In this document: one piece after another, positions 41,446 to 51,308 of the stretch | How the letters are laid out: the number at the start of each line of letters is the position of its first letter | Position numbering within the stretch: position 1 is the first letter of the stretch | NCBI GenBank assembly: GCA_965541585.1 | Contig: CBEUCH010000006.1 | Coordinates: 32,001 to 96,000 of the forward strand | From: an uncultured bacterium | Lineage (GTDB): Bacteria > Zixibacteria > MSB-5A5 > UBA10806 | Length of the DNA: 64,000 bases | Direction: 5' to 3' | Made by a program: the position numbers and the translations under genes | Notes under the pieces: generated by a model | Database searches by the model: none | Told to the model about the DNA's origin: nothing | The model's input: the letters and a program-made list of their open reading frames with translations, nothing else

Positions 41446-42423
41446 TCATCTGATAGAAGCTAATATTCTCTTGATAGTCTGATAGAGTGGTTTCGGCCTG
41501 TAGCCGAGCTCCTGTCGGGCTTTTTCATTCGTGTAGAAGAATTTATACCGCGCTAATTTCGCCAACCCCCTGTGAAATTTGGGACGTTTCCTGCGGATGC
41601 GGGCAACAAGTTCCATGATAAACGCAACTGGATATAATAAACCGATTGGAACCTTTATAAAGGGCTTTCTGATTCCAAGAATTTTCAGTGCCAGGTCGAA
41701 GGCCTTCTGCGGATTTACGTTTTCTCCGGTTAATAGATACCTTTCGCCGGGTCTGCCTTTCTCGATACAGGAAGTTATCCCCGAAACGACATCGTCGGTA
41801 TCGACTAAGTTCAGGCCAAAATCGAAATAGCATGGAATCGATCTCGGGATCTTTTTCAATTCCTTTTCGCTGAGTTTCCGATCCGGTGGCGATATCATTA
41901 TGGATGGGTTAAGCACTATGGTTTCGAGATGGGGTCCATTTGCCTCCAGCACGGAGTTTTCCGCCTCTTTTTTGGTACCGATATAAGGGATATTGAAGCC
42001 GGATAGATTGAACTCAGCGGTTTCATCAAGCGGCCGTCCCGTTTCGGATGCCCCGACTGTGACGATCGATGAGATGTAGATCAATCTAGTAACATTGTTC
42101 TTCAGGCATGCGGATATGACCGCCTGTGTCCCCTCGACATTTATCCGGTGCATTGTTTCGTCAGGCCCCGGGCGAAGGCTAACCATGGCAGCGCAATGTA
42201 TGACAATGTTGCAGCCTTTAGCAGCCTGATCCAGCCAACCGGGATCGATCAGATCTCCAATTATCGGTGTTGCATCGGGGGGGCAATTTCTGTCTGCCTT
42301 TTCCCCGGATCTATAATGCGCTCTGACATCGTATCCCGCTTCTAATAAGCGAGGAACGAGGCGTCGCCCGAGCTGGCCGCTGGCTCCGGTGACCAAAATC
42401 GTCTTCGGCTCTGAATCCGGCAT
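41446..42423 (-). CDS. NAD-dependent epimerase/dehydratase (extended SDR)
   Basis: TGASGQLG, HCAA, YxxxK 'YIGTK', 'GERYLL'. Confidence 0.9.
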   Translation of the reverse strand: MPDSEPKTILVTGASGQLGRRLVPRLLEAGYDVRAHYRSGEKADRNCPPDATPIIGDLIDPGWLDQAAKGCNIVIHCAAMVSLRPGPDETMHRINVEGTQAVISACLKNNVTRLIYISSIVTVGASETGRPLDETAEFNLSGFNIPYIGTKKEAENSVLEANGPHLETIVLNPSIMISPPDRKLSEKELKKIPRSIPCYFDFGLNLVDTDDVVSGITSCIEKGRPGERYLLTGENVNPQKAFDLALKILGIRKPFIKVPIGLLYPVAFIMELVARIRRKRPKFHRGLAKLARYKFFYTNEKARQELGYRPKPLYQTIKRILASIR

Positions 42424-42493
42424 GGACGCAAAATTAGACTTAAAATATCATATGTCAAGAAGCATGATTGCAACTCGGGTCAATGAGATGATA

Positions 42494-42523
42494 AAAAACC
42501 CCCGCCGGCTTTGTAGCCGACGG
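42494..42523 (-). terminator. intrinsic terminator of the sRNA
   Basis: Minus strand CCCGTCGGCT-ACAA-AGCCGGCGGG-GGTTTTTT. Confidence 0.75.
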
Positions 42524-42533
42524 GATTAAAATT

Positions 42534-42714
42534 CGACCGGCCGAAGGGAATTCGAAAAACACACATTTTCTGCTACGATAAAGGATTTTACAGCCACCGG
42601 CCATATTTCGCATCCGCTCACCCCGGAACTCGGGGGTCATGGCGTTAGCTCAACGACCGGGTGCCTCCTTCATTGGTAAGGTGTTAGCTTTTCAAATTAA
42701 CCTTCAACCGGCAC
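42534..42714 (-). ncRNA. ssrS: probable 6S RNA
   Basis: About 180-nt rod: GCCGGTTGAAGG pairs CCTTCGGCCGGT, AATTTGAAAAG pairs TTTTTCGAATT, central bubble, ATGAAGGA pairs TCCTTTAT; TTGCGT-16-TAATTT promoter upstream and terminator downstream. Confidence 0.65.
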
Positions 42715-42765
42715 ATAATTAAATTACTATAAAAACACAAAAACGCAAGGCCTTTTGGATTACAA

Positions 42766-43133
42766 TCAGCGAGCCCAGATCGGGATTTCGATGGAGGCTC
42801 CCCATATCGGTAATACGAAGAAATATACGATCAGAGTAATAATTATCACTCCCAACATATTTAATATGATCCCACCTCTAATCATCTTGGATATAGGCAC
42901 ATAGCCCGAGCCAAAAACGATGGCGTTGGGAGGCGTCGCCACAGGCAGCATGAAGGCGACCGCCGCCACGCCTGCCGCTTTGGGGGCAGACCGAAAGGAT
43001 TGGCCAGGAAGAGGATGAACAGGAGAACCCCGATAATAAGGCCGATCGCCTTACTGGTTGGGAGACGGCTGTCGGTTAAATTGGGACGCACGTTAATCTT
43101 GTAGCGGATAAGAGATTGACCGTCGATGTGCAT
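42766..43133 (-). pseudogene. DASS/SLC13 anion symporter remnant with large internal deletion and frameshift
   Basis: First TM ('IGLIIGVLLFILF...GVAAVA') joined directly to the C-terminal hallmark 'AFMLPVATPPNAIVFGSG'. Confidence 0.8.
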
Positions 43134-43169
43134 GTTTGTCGAAATAGTTGCCGACGCTAAAAAAAGATC

Positions 43170-43197
43170 TTGACATCTGCTGAAATCATGCTAAATT
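43170..43197 (+). promoter_or_regulatory. sigma70 promoter for AsnRS-like gene
   Basis: TTGACA-16 nt-TAAATT with extended -10 TG. Confidence 0.6.
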
Positions 43198-43321
43198 TGC
43201 GGAAATTTTGTGTGTCGTTTTTCAGAGAAACGCGGGCAGGGGAGATTTGAGCCAAATAAAGATGGGATTGAGAATCAAACTACGAATTCCAAAAGCCGAT
43301 TACAAAGGCAGTGGAAGTTCT

Positions 43322-43454
43322 TCCCCGGCGCAGGTGTCGGGATTTTTTTTGCCCGCAAGGTTTGGTACGATGGATTCTCCGAACACCCGGCTGGCCTTTC
43401 ATGGGCATAGCCCTGCGTTCCCGACCTTGATGTCGGGATTTTTTTTGCCTGCAA
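43322..43454 (+). promoter_or_regulatory. two tandem terminator-like hairpins in 5' leader
   Basis: CCCGGCGC-AG-GTGTCGGG-A-T8 and TCCCGAC-CTTGAT-GTCGGGA-T8; 24-bp direct repeat 43335-43358 / 43431-43454. Confidence 0.65.
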
Positions 43455-43490
43455 TGAAAAAGCGATTATTAATATCAAGAAGGAGGAAGT

Positions 43491-44525
43491 ATGAGACACC
43501 TGGACGTTCTCCAGGGGAGGATGAAAGATCTGACTCTCATCCGGGCCACCGTGTTGGCAGCCATGAGACGGTGGTTTGAAGAAAACGAATATATCGAGGT
43601 GGTCCCGCCGACATTGACCGGCCCCACCGGTTCCTGCGAGTGGTTTCCCAACGCCATCAGTGTCGAGATGGCTGATGAGCTTGGCAATCCCCGTCGGATA
43701 TTCTTAAGGCAGACCGCACAACTCCACCTGGAACCGCTGACGCTGGTTCATAACAGAGTCTATACTATCGGAAAATCGTTTCGCTACGAAAAACAGGTAA
43801 CCTCCAGGCATCTCTGGGAATTCACGCTAGTGGAGTTCGAGGGCCGGGATTTCGGCCTGGACGGCCTTATGGATCAACTGGAATCGCTTTTTAAGGCCTC
43901 TTTTCAGGCTGTGCTGAGTAAAAACGGCAATGGTTATCGGGAAAATCTGGCCGGTTATGTCGACATGCCGTTTTCGAGGTTGACATATCAGCAGGGCATC
44001 GACGTATTGCGGGATCACGGCGTTACCATTCGTTATGGCGAGGATTTCACAAGCCACGATGAGCAGATACTCGTCACTCTGACCGGAGGGGCGCCGCTGT
44101 TTCTCACAAGCTATCCTTCTGATCCTCGTCCCAAACAAGGTGGAGTAATAAAATTCTTCTCAATGGCGCGAAAGAAGAACGGCAATGGCGGTTCCGATTG
44201 TCAAACGGCCGAAGAGGAAGTGACCGATTGCTGCGATCTTCTGCTGCCCGGGGTCGGTGAAACCGTCGGCGGCGCCGTGCGGGTAGGTAACCCCGTCACC
44301 ATAAAAAAGCAGTTCAAAGAATCGCTGATGTATGAGCATATAAAACAGACAGGCCTGGAGCCGGAAGCCGAATTCGAATGGTATTTTGATACTATCCTGG
44401 ACGATGATACCCGGTCGTCGGGATGCGGCATTGGATTCGAGCGGTTGATACAGTTCATCGTGCAGGCACAGTCGATAAAAGAATGCGTTGAGTTTCCCCG
44501 CAGCCCCGATTTTATAATGCCGTAG
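43491..44525 (+). CDS. class IIb aaRS catalytic-domain-only paralogue (AsnRS-like; archaeal-type asparagine synthetase A-like)
   Basis: Motif 2 'FRYE...RHLWEF', 'GETVGG', motif 3 'GIGFERL'; no N-terminal anticodon OB-fold. Confidence 0.8.
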   Translation: MRHLDVLQGRMKDLTLIRATVLAAMRRWFEENEYIEVVPPTLTGPTGSCEWFPNAISVEMADELGNPRRIFLRQTAQLHLEPLTLVHNRVYTIGKSFRYEKQVTSRHLWEFTLVEFEGRDFGLDGLMDQLESLFKASFQAVLSKNGNGYRENLAGYVDMPFSRLTYQQGIDVLRDHGVTIRYGEDFTSHDEQILVTLTGGAPLFLTSYPSDPRPKQGGVIKFFSMARKKNGNGGSDCQTAEEEVTDCCDLLLPGVGETVGGAVRVGNPVTIKKQFKESLMYEHIKQTGLEPEAEFEWYFDTILDDDTRSSGCGIGFERLIQFIVQAQSIKECVEFPRSPDFIMP

Positions 44526-44560
44526 GTTTATCGCAGGAGAGTTAGTCCATTAGTAACCAC

Positions 44561-44595
44561 AAGGGCGTTGGCAGGGTTGTCAACGCCCTTTTTAT
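44561..44595 (+). terminator. intrinsic terminator
   Basis: AAGGGCGTTGGCA-GGGT-TGTCAACGCCCTT-TTT. Confidence 0.8.
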
Positions 44596-44673
44596 TGATT
44601 CAATTTCCGTCGAGAGGCTTAAGCTACTGCCGCGAGCAATTATCTTCAGGAGGATTAGTCTCTGTATCGGCGT

Positions 44674-45993
44674 TTACAATGCTTCTGAGGTTTCCTCGCA
44701 CTTGATGCCCAGCGTTTCGAGTTCATCGAGCATGGGATTGTAGAGTTCGGGGATAACCGGAACCCATACGCCGGGCTTCGTGAACTTGCCCTCCAGAATC
44801 AAGCGTGCGCCCACCGCGGCGGGGAGACTGACAGTACGCGACATCGAACTGTCTCCATTAGGAATACCGTAGTCAATCAAGGTAGAGGTTATTGCCTCTT
44901 TCTTACCGGTGGGATATTCGGCGACGAAGTGGTGGCACAGAATGATCATATCCCGTTCCCCGGGTTCATAAGGCATCTTCTCCTCCATGCGAGCGGCGAG
45001 GACGTCTATGTTGCCGCCCTTTTCCACCGGCAGGGGATCGCCGGAAAATAGACCCAGCCATTCGAAATTATTCAGGATGAAAGAATCGGATGGAATGTTC
45101 AACTTTTCAGAAAAAGCTGCTCTAAGGTCTCCGGAGCGTTCTTTACCCGCAAGCCCCCAGCTTAGATCTGTAAAGGTCTTGCCGGTCCAGTCCTTTTCGG
45201 TTGTATCAAGGTAGCCCAGATCGGCAATGGCTTTCAGAGTGTCGCACCAGCCCTTGTAACGCAATGTTCCACGGAACATGGTGGGGATGCCCTGTAGTCC
45301 ATAGGTATCAATATAGCCCAGTGAGTCGCGATTGGGATAAGCCTCCAACTCGCCAATAGTAGGGATATCGATGTGCCAGAAATGGGAGAAAAGATTTTCT
45401 CCCGGAATGGAAATCTCCTCCCCGTCTTTACGGTATCTACCGTCGTTCTTCCCGGCCAGGAGAACACCTTTTGGGCTCCATGAAAATTTATAGCCATAAG
45501 GGTTGGTGTTGGCCTCGGGGGCGGGCAGTCCACCGCAGTAAGACATAAAACTTGTGACCTTGCCGCCGTCTCCCTCGACCTGGTGAATGATTCTCATAGC
45601 GGACATGTGGTCGATACCGGGATCGACGCCACTTTCGTTCAGGATCACGACACCGGCCTTTTTGGCGGGTTCGTCGAGAGCCTTCATAGCCGGGCTGACG
45701 TAAGAAGTTGTAGCCATATTCTTGCCAAGCTCGATACACAGTTCTGCCACCACCGCATGATAAGCGGCCGGCAGGAGGCTGACCGTCAGATCGGCTTCCC
45801 CGATCATTTTCCTTAATTCATCTTTCTTATCGACGGTCCATTGTATGGCCTCGCCGTCGGGGTGGCCGCCGATCAGTTTCTCTGCTTTACTGACGGTGCG
45901 GCTGGCTACGCGCACCCGGAAATTATGCTTCAAAAGATATTGAACCAGGGGCCTGGCTACCAGACCCGCTCCCAGAACCAAAACCGATTTCAT
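44674..45993 (-). CDS. saccharopine dehydrogenase (glutamate-forming, Lys9/SDH-like)
   Basis: GAGLVA, 'VSLLP', 'GVDPGIDH', 'SYCGGLP', 'YKFSWSP', 'RGTLRY'. Confidence 0.92.
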   Translation of the reverse strand: MKSVLVLGAGLVARPLVQYLLKHNFRVRVASRTVSKAEKLIGGHPDGEAIQWTVDKKDELRKMIGEADLTVSLLPAAYHAVVAELCIELGKNMATTSYVSPAMKALDEPAKKAGVVILNESGVDPGIDHMSAMRIIHQVEGDGGKVTSFMSYCGGLPAPEANTNPYGYKFSWSPKGVLLAGKNDGRYRKDGEEISIPGENLFSHFWHIDIPTIGELEAYPNRDSLGYIDTYGLQGIPTMFRGTLRYKGWCDTLKAIADLGYLDTTEKDWTGKTFTDLSWGLAGKERSGDLRAAFSEKLNIPSDSFILNNFEWLGLFSGDPLPVEKGGNIDVLAARMEEKMPYEPGERDMIILCHHFVAEYPTGKKEAITSTLIDYGIPNGDSSMSRTVSLPAAVGARLILEGKFTKPGVWVPVIPELYNPMLDELETLGIKCEETSEAL

Positions 45994-46026
45994 CTTATCT
46001 CCTCATAATTGTTACACAAACGATCT

Positions 46027-47328
46027 CTATAAATATCTACGTAAATGCTCATATCCCGGCGTTAGTTCTCCCTTATGCAGAATAGCAGCCCGGCGGAATT
46101 CGTCCGGGAGATCCAGATTCTCGAAGGGGACATCGAATACCGTCGACGCCAATCGGGGGATGAAAGGAGTCAGCGTCCGGCCGAAAAACTCGGAGGCTTC
46201 TTTCGGCAATTCGCATGGCAGGTTATCCACCGCCATCAACACCGGCCCGATTCCCTCCACGCCATCGGTGACGGCGGAATCGAGAGGGTTGTAAACATAC
46301 ACAGGGTTACCGGGATCGGTGACCTTAACCGTACACTGGATTGAACCCTCGATATCGCAACTGATATCGCCGATGATTCTCAGCGATGGAGCATCAGAAT
46401 CGGAATACGCTCGCTTGAGATAGTCAAGTGTTACCAGCCGGGGGTAACGCGGGTCCCAGTATATACAGTTCACCAGGATGGTCAGGTAGGGAAGATAGCT
46501 TTCGAAGCGGGAACGGTAATTCTGAGGATTGGTGTAGTAATCCTGTAAATCGAAAGTTCCGGCGGGATCGACCGGTTCGACCATGTCCCCCTCTTTGAAG
46601 ACCACTTTGAATAACCTGTCCTTCACTTCTTTTTTTGCTGAGGCCATCTTATCGATTTCCGAGGGCGTGATCTCTTCATACGGCAAAAGATCGAAGATTT
46701 CCTGGGCGCCCTGTGAAACATTGCCATATCCAGCGAACCCGCATATCAGTGGCGATAGAGTAGATGGCAGATATTCTCTTTTAATCCTGTCTGCGACATC
46801 TGCGATACGGGATATGGCATCCTCGAGGCTCTCATATTCGTGCGCCATTTTGATCTCGCTGAAAGCGGTGGGGATACCTTCCCAGGCCAGCCTCTTACCG
46901 AGGGCCCGGAATGTATCGATCATCCCCGCCAGTCCGGCGTGCCTTCCGAAAAATATCAAACGTCGGCCCTTATCATCGGTGATCAACTCATAATCGATGA
47001 GCTGGCACTTGAGGTCCATCATCTTTTTCAGCATCGGTATATTTTGCTCCTGGCCTTTGATGGTGTGGGAGAAGAAAACATAGGTCTTACCGGGTTCAAA
47101 AAAGCCGATGGGGATTTCCTTGACGGCGAGGATAACGGGACACGAAGACAGATCCTCGCTGATGACGGCGCCGGCATCCCGGTATTTATCATCGGGGAAG
47201 ATCCTGATGGATGAGGGTTGCAGCCAGATCTCGATTCTTTTTTTTACGAGTGCCGAGACATCTCCAGGCGTGAGCGGAGTCCTTCTCTCCCACTCGTTCT
47301 TATCTTCCCGTCTGATCCCGATCCGCAT
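46027..47328 (-). CDS. lysine-ketoglutarate reductase (LKR/LOR domain)
   Basis: 'IRREDKN.WERR.PL', 'FFSHTIKGQ', 'GYGNVSQGA', 'IYW', 'DISCD..GS', 'DNLPCELP'. Confidence 0.9.
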   Translation of the reverse strand: MRIGIRREDKNEWERRTPLTPGDVSALVKKRIEIWLQPSSIRIFPDDKYRDAGAVISEDLSSCPVILAVKEIPIGFFEPGKTYVFFSHTIKGQEQNIPMLKKMMDLKCQLIDYELITDDKGRRLIFFGRHAGLAGMIDTFRALGKRLAWEGIPTAFSEIKMAHEYESLEDAISRIADVADRIKREYLPSTLSPLICGFAGYGNVSQGAQEIFDLLPYEEITPSEIDKMASAKKEVKDRLFKVVFKEGDMVEPVDPAGTFDLQDYYTNPQNYRSRFESYLPYLTILVNCIYWDPRYPRLVTLDYLKRAYSDSDAPSLRIIGDISCDIEGSIQCTVKVTDPGNPVYVYNPLDSAVTDGVEGIGPVLMAVDNLPCELPKEASEFFGRTLTPFIPRLASTVFDVPFENLDLPDEFRRAAILHKGELTPGYEHLRRYL

Positions 47329-47629
47329 TCGTCCCCGTCGCTTCCCCGATTTCGCCGCAGTTGCTAATCCCTATATAACCTTAGCCATCGGGGCGGAAAG
47401 TAAAAGACTCTCGCCCGTTTAGCAAGATAATTAATAGCAAAGGAATTCTTTCCAATAATTGTGTCGGTAAACTTTTAATTCATAAGATAATTATACTTTG
47501 CTGCCATTGATGAAACTCGATGGACGATAATGGAATATAAATCTTATTATCAACTTGACAGTCTGTCGTGAACTACCTTATCATCTCTCGAGGCTTTTTA
47601 GAACTTTAATCGCAGCCTGGAGTTTTTTT

Positions 47630-49096
47630 ATGCGGACAAGATCTCTCAGTACGGTGTGTCTGATCTTCTTCTGGCTTTGTCTGGCATTATCTCCCCCCAC
47701 TTTTTCTGCCGATTTTGGCTGCTATTCCGTAGTGGTCGGCAAGGATGCCTCCGGTGATGGTTATGTGATTATGGCGCATAACGAAGACGACGGTCCGCCG
47801 TGTATCGTTAATCATCACAAAGTCCCCCGGAAAGAGCATTCTCCGGATGAAAAATTCACGCTCCTAAAGGGCGGGCAAATCGATGAAGTTAAAGAGACCT
47901 ATTCTTATATCTGGTCGGAAATGCCGGGTTTCCGTTTTTCCGATAGTTATATCAACGAATTCGGAGTCAGTGTTGCATCTAACGCCTGTCCCTCGCGGGA
48001 AGATGAACCTGAATTGATCGACGGGGGAATTAGCTATAATCTCAGAAAACTGGTTGTTCAAAGATGCAGGACCGCCCGGGAGGGCGTCTTGTTGGCAGGG
48101 AAATTAGTCGAACAATTTGGATATGATGCCTCAGGGCGTACGTTGATAATCAGCGATCCCGATGAAGGCTGGCTGCTTGCCGCCGTTAACGGCAAACGCT
48201 GGGTAGCGCAACGGGTCCCGGATAACCATGTCGCCGTGATTGCCAATACTTATAGCATAAATAAAATAGATTTATCAGATAAGGTGAATTTCCTGAGCTC
48301 ACCGGATATCATCGAGTACGCTATCTCCCGCAGATGGTATGATCCTGAAAAAGACGGCCCCTTTGATTTCGCAGCCGTTTATGCCGATCCCGGAGCGGCC
48401 GCTCATCCCACCAATACCGGTCGCCATTGGGCCGGGTTGAGACTTCTGGCCACCGATCAGTATGGTTTCGAAGATCATTTACCTTTCTCGTTTACGCCGG
48501 AATCTAAAGTAGATGTTGCGACGATAATGACCGTACTGCGCGACCATTATGAGGGAACGGATATTTATGAGCCTGAAACACAAAATGAATGCTCTCATAA
48601 TCGCAGTTTTCGGCCGATCTGTCGTCCCGATACCCGAACATCGTTTATCGTTCAGCTGCGAAAGAACCTGCCGCTTGATATAGGCATAAATTACTGGATG
48701 TGTCTGGGATCGCCATGCGTTTCTGCGTATATACCTTTCTATTTTGGCATGGATTCCTTCCCCGACGGCTACGCCGGTTTCGAAGATCCCGACGAGGAAT
48801 ACTATAATCATAAGATTAATACACCTTTTGCTGCCAATATCGATGAGGCCTTCTGGACTTTCAGCAATTTCCTCCAGAAAATTGACGGTGAATCTCACGA
48901 CTTGCTTCCGGGACTGAGAGCAAGAATGAAATTAATTGAAAGTAAGGCCTTAGAGGAACAGCGGGAATTTGAAAAAGAAGTCATCGCCCTATATATCGGA
49001 GACATCAAAAGCGCCAGGGAGATGTTAGTTTTGCATTCCAATGATATATACCGATCGACAATAGAGACCATGGAAGAGGTTTTCGGCGCCAGGTAG
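47630..49096 (+). CDS. C69 family dipeptidase (secernin-like Ntn hydrolase)
   Basis: Signal peptide then 'CYSVVVGKDAS.DG...AHNED', 'INEFGV', 'LRDHYEGT'. Confidence 0.85.
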   Translation: MRTRSLSTVCLIFFWLCLALSPPTFSADFGCYSVVVGKDASGDGYVIMAHNEDDGPPCIVNHHKVPRKEHSPDEKFTLLKGGQIDEVKETYSYIWSEMPGFRFSDSYINEFGVSVASNACPSREDEPELIDGGISYNLRKLVVQRCRTAREGVLLAGKLVEQFGYDASGRTLIISDPDEGWLLAAVNGKRWVAQRVPDNHVAVIANTYSINKIDLSDKVNFLSSPDIIEYAISRRWYDPEKDGPFDFAAVYADPGAAAHPTNTGRHWAGLRLLATDQYGFEDHLPFSFTPESKVDVATIMTVLRDHYEGTDIYEPETQNECSHNRSFRPICRPDTRTSFIVQLRKNLPLDIGINYWMCLGSPCVSAYIPFYFGMDSFPDGYAGFEDPDEEYYNHKINTPFAANIDEAFWTFSNFLQKIDGESHDLLPGLRARMKLIESKALEEQREFEKEVIALYIGDIKSAREMLVLHSNDIYRSTIETMEEVFGAR

Positions 49097-49521
49097 ATAG
49101 CAACATTATCGTCAGAGATGCAGCCCTACGCTGACTTTGTCTTTTCCAGGTATTCGGAATCGACGTAAGATTCTATATATCTGCAATTCGTGCAAACATA
49201 AGTTCTGCAATTGCCTCCTGAAAAGGGATATCTTTGCCCGTCTGCTTACCGTATTTCGCAATTAATGCAAACTCTTCATCAATATAAATCTGTGACCAGG
49301 CGAAATATTCAACTCCTTAGCAGACGTTACATCGGTTAATAAACAACTTGATAGGCTTGCCGAGCCCTGTCATAGGTCTGCAGTCCGTTGAGGTTATCTC
49401 TACAGATTTGACGATCTCGGGTGGCCGGGAATCAAACCATGGGTAATAAAAACGGCTATGGATGCCGATAGTCTTATTAGGGACGTAAACGAATTATATC
49501 AGCATTTCCAGGGGGAGATTC

Positions 49522-50406
49522 TTGAGTACGCAGTGTCGGCTGGAAGAGAAAACAATCGAAAGCCATCGGGGGATCGACCAGGAGCGCTTAAAAAGTGAGA
49601 TCGAGGCTTTCGATGATATAGACGCTTATGTGGAGCTGATGGCACGTCCTTATACCCGTCGGCTCAAGGCCGAGGTTGACGGGTATCTCTCATCAGTAAA
49701 ACTCAAGGGCGCCACGATACTTGAACTCGGCTGCGGCATAAGCGAACATGCCCACTATTTCAATAAAGATAATACCATGATACTGACCGATATAAACTGG
49801 GCTCTCCTTGAGAAGAATAATCCTCCGTCTAAGCTTATGCTTTGCGATGCGCAGGATCTCAGACCTTTCGATGATAATTCGATAGATTTCATCATGTACA
49901 TAGGCATCCTGCACCACCTTCAGGATCAGAGCAAGGCATTGAGAGAAGCCAGGCGCGTATTAAAACCAGGCGGCAGGATTTTCATCTGCGAACCTCATAG
50001 TAAGAGCATAAACTTCTTCTATTACCGTCTCCGACTGCTGACAATTAAATTATTCGGCGTAGAGGCATTAAGAAGATTGATCGGATGTGTTTCTCCCGAC
50101 GAAAAGCAGCTCGATGTCAGAGCGGTCGAAAGCATATTCGGTAACGGACACAGTCTGAGAAAGTGGACCATTCTGTCATTCCGGTTGCCGCCTTTGAGGC
50201 TTTTCAGACGATTAAATATCGACGTCGTTCTGTCTGATATATTCGACAAGCTGCCCCTGTTCCGCTCCATCGGTACTACTATACTGTACGAGATCAAATG
50301 CCTTGAAAAGGCGAAGATAGAGAAGAGAGACGTTAAGATAATCTCAGAGCCTTCTCAACTAGCTGAAGTAAAAAGGATAAGGCAAAAAGCCCTAGTGAAG
50401 GCATAA
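49522..50406 (+). CDS. class I SAM-dependent methyltransferase
   Basis: 'LELGCG', 'DAQDL.PF.D.S.D', 'LHHL', 'RVLKPGG'. Confidence 0.85.
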   Translation: MSTQCRLEEKTIESHRGIDQERLKSEIEAFDDIDAYVELMARPYTRRLKAEVDGYLSSVKLKGATILELGCGISEHAHYFNKDNTMILTDINWALLEKNNPPSKLMLCDAQDLRPFDDNSIDFIMYIGILHHLQDQSKALREARRVLKPGGRIFICEPHSKSINFFYYRLRLLTIKLFGVEALRRLIGCVSPDEKQLDVRAVESIFGNGHSLRKWTILSFRLPPLRLFRRLNIDVVLSDIFDKLPLFRSIGTTILYEIKCLEKAKIEKRDVKIISEPSQLAEVKRIRQKALVKA

Positions 50407-50583
50407 ACGCGAAGTTACAGGACGATCCTGAGACCGATATCCGGATCATTCGCGATTTCCTGGCTGGATCAGAGAATAGATAAAACAAAACGGGGCCGGT
50501 ATCACTCTCCCCACATTCTTAAGTTACGGTTTCTTGTTAAAACCGGAAGGTTCAAAGTTGAAGAAAACCATAGGTCTTGACAT

Positions 50584-51306
50584 TCAACATTTGGCCAATA
50601 CGTAAATCACCCAGGGAGCTATCCGGGTTTCATTCACCCAATCAAACGGCTCATCAGGTTTGGCCAGAGGTTTATAAACTTCTGCTATTATCAGACCCGT
50701 CTGATTGTAAATCTCACAATAAGCATCGTCTGACCATAGTATATCTTCAACCGGCCTTTGATCCTCGACATCGGTCATCACGATTCTTACCTTATCCCCG
50801 CTTTTGGCTCTGCGGTTTTCAGGAAATGCCTTGGTTGAAAACGATGCCCATTCGTGTATGTATATATCCGGGGATGATACAAGATTTATTATTTTCCCTT
50901 CAGGCCTTAAGAGTCTTTCGAGTTCCCTGAGATTTTCTATCTTTTTGTCTTTTGACGGAATATTATCAAATGTGAAAGCCGACAATACTAGATCAACAGT
51001 TTCGTTATCAAATCGACTTAAATCACCGTCATTGACTTTATGATACTTTCCGGTGCGATCTTTCAAACGTGCCTGTTTTAGCATATCCTCGGATATATCA
51101 ACACCGGTAGTGTTAAATCCCAGTTTCTTTAAGAATCTGGTAGAACGGCCGGTACCGCAACCGAAATCGAATGCATTTATCCCGTGTATATGTTCGGATA
51201 TGATTTCCGGCAGATCCCGATAAGCCAGGTAATACGTTCCCGGGAACTCTAATCTGGCATACGCTTCAGCGCGGCGCAGATCATCGTAAACATTCTCAAA
51301 TTCCAT
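50584..51306 (-). CDS. class I SAM-dependent methyltransferase
   Basis: 'DFGCGTGRS', 'GVDIS..ML', 'LLRPEG'. Confidence 0.85.
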   Translation of the reverse strand: MEFENVYDDLRRAEAYARLEFPGTYYLAYRDLPEIISEHIHGINAFDFGCGTGRSTRFLKKLGFNTTGVDISEDMLKQARLKDRTGKYHKVNDGDLSRFDNETVDLVLSAFTFDNIPSKDKKIENLRELERLLRPEGKIINLVSSPDIYIHEWASFSTKAFPENRRAKSGDKVRIVMTDVEDQRPVEDILWSDDAYCEIYNQTGLIIAEVYKPLAKPDEPFDWVNETRIAPWVIYVLAKC

Positions 51307-51308
51307 GA

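Noticed and set aside
43200..43490. T-box riboswitch or 123-aa protein 43208-43579
   Set aside because: No convincing GGTGGNACCGCG T-box; the ORF crosses terminators, overlaps the next gene out of frame and has no recognisable domain.
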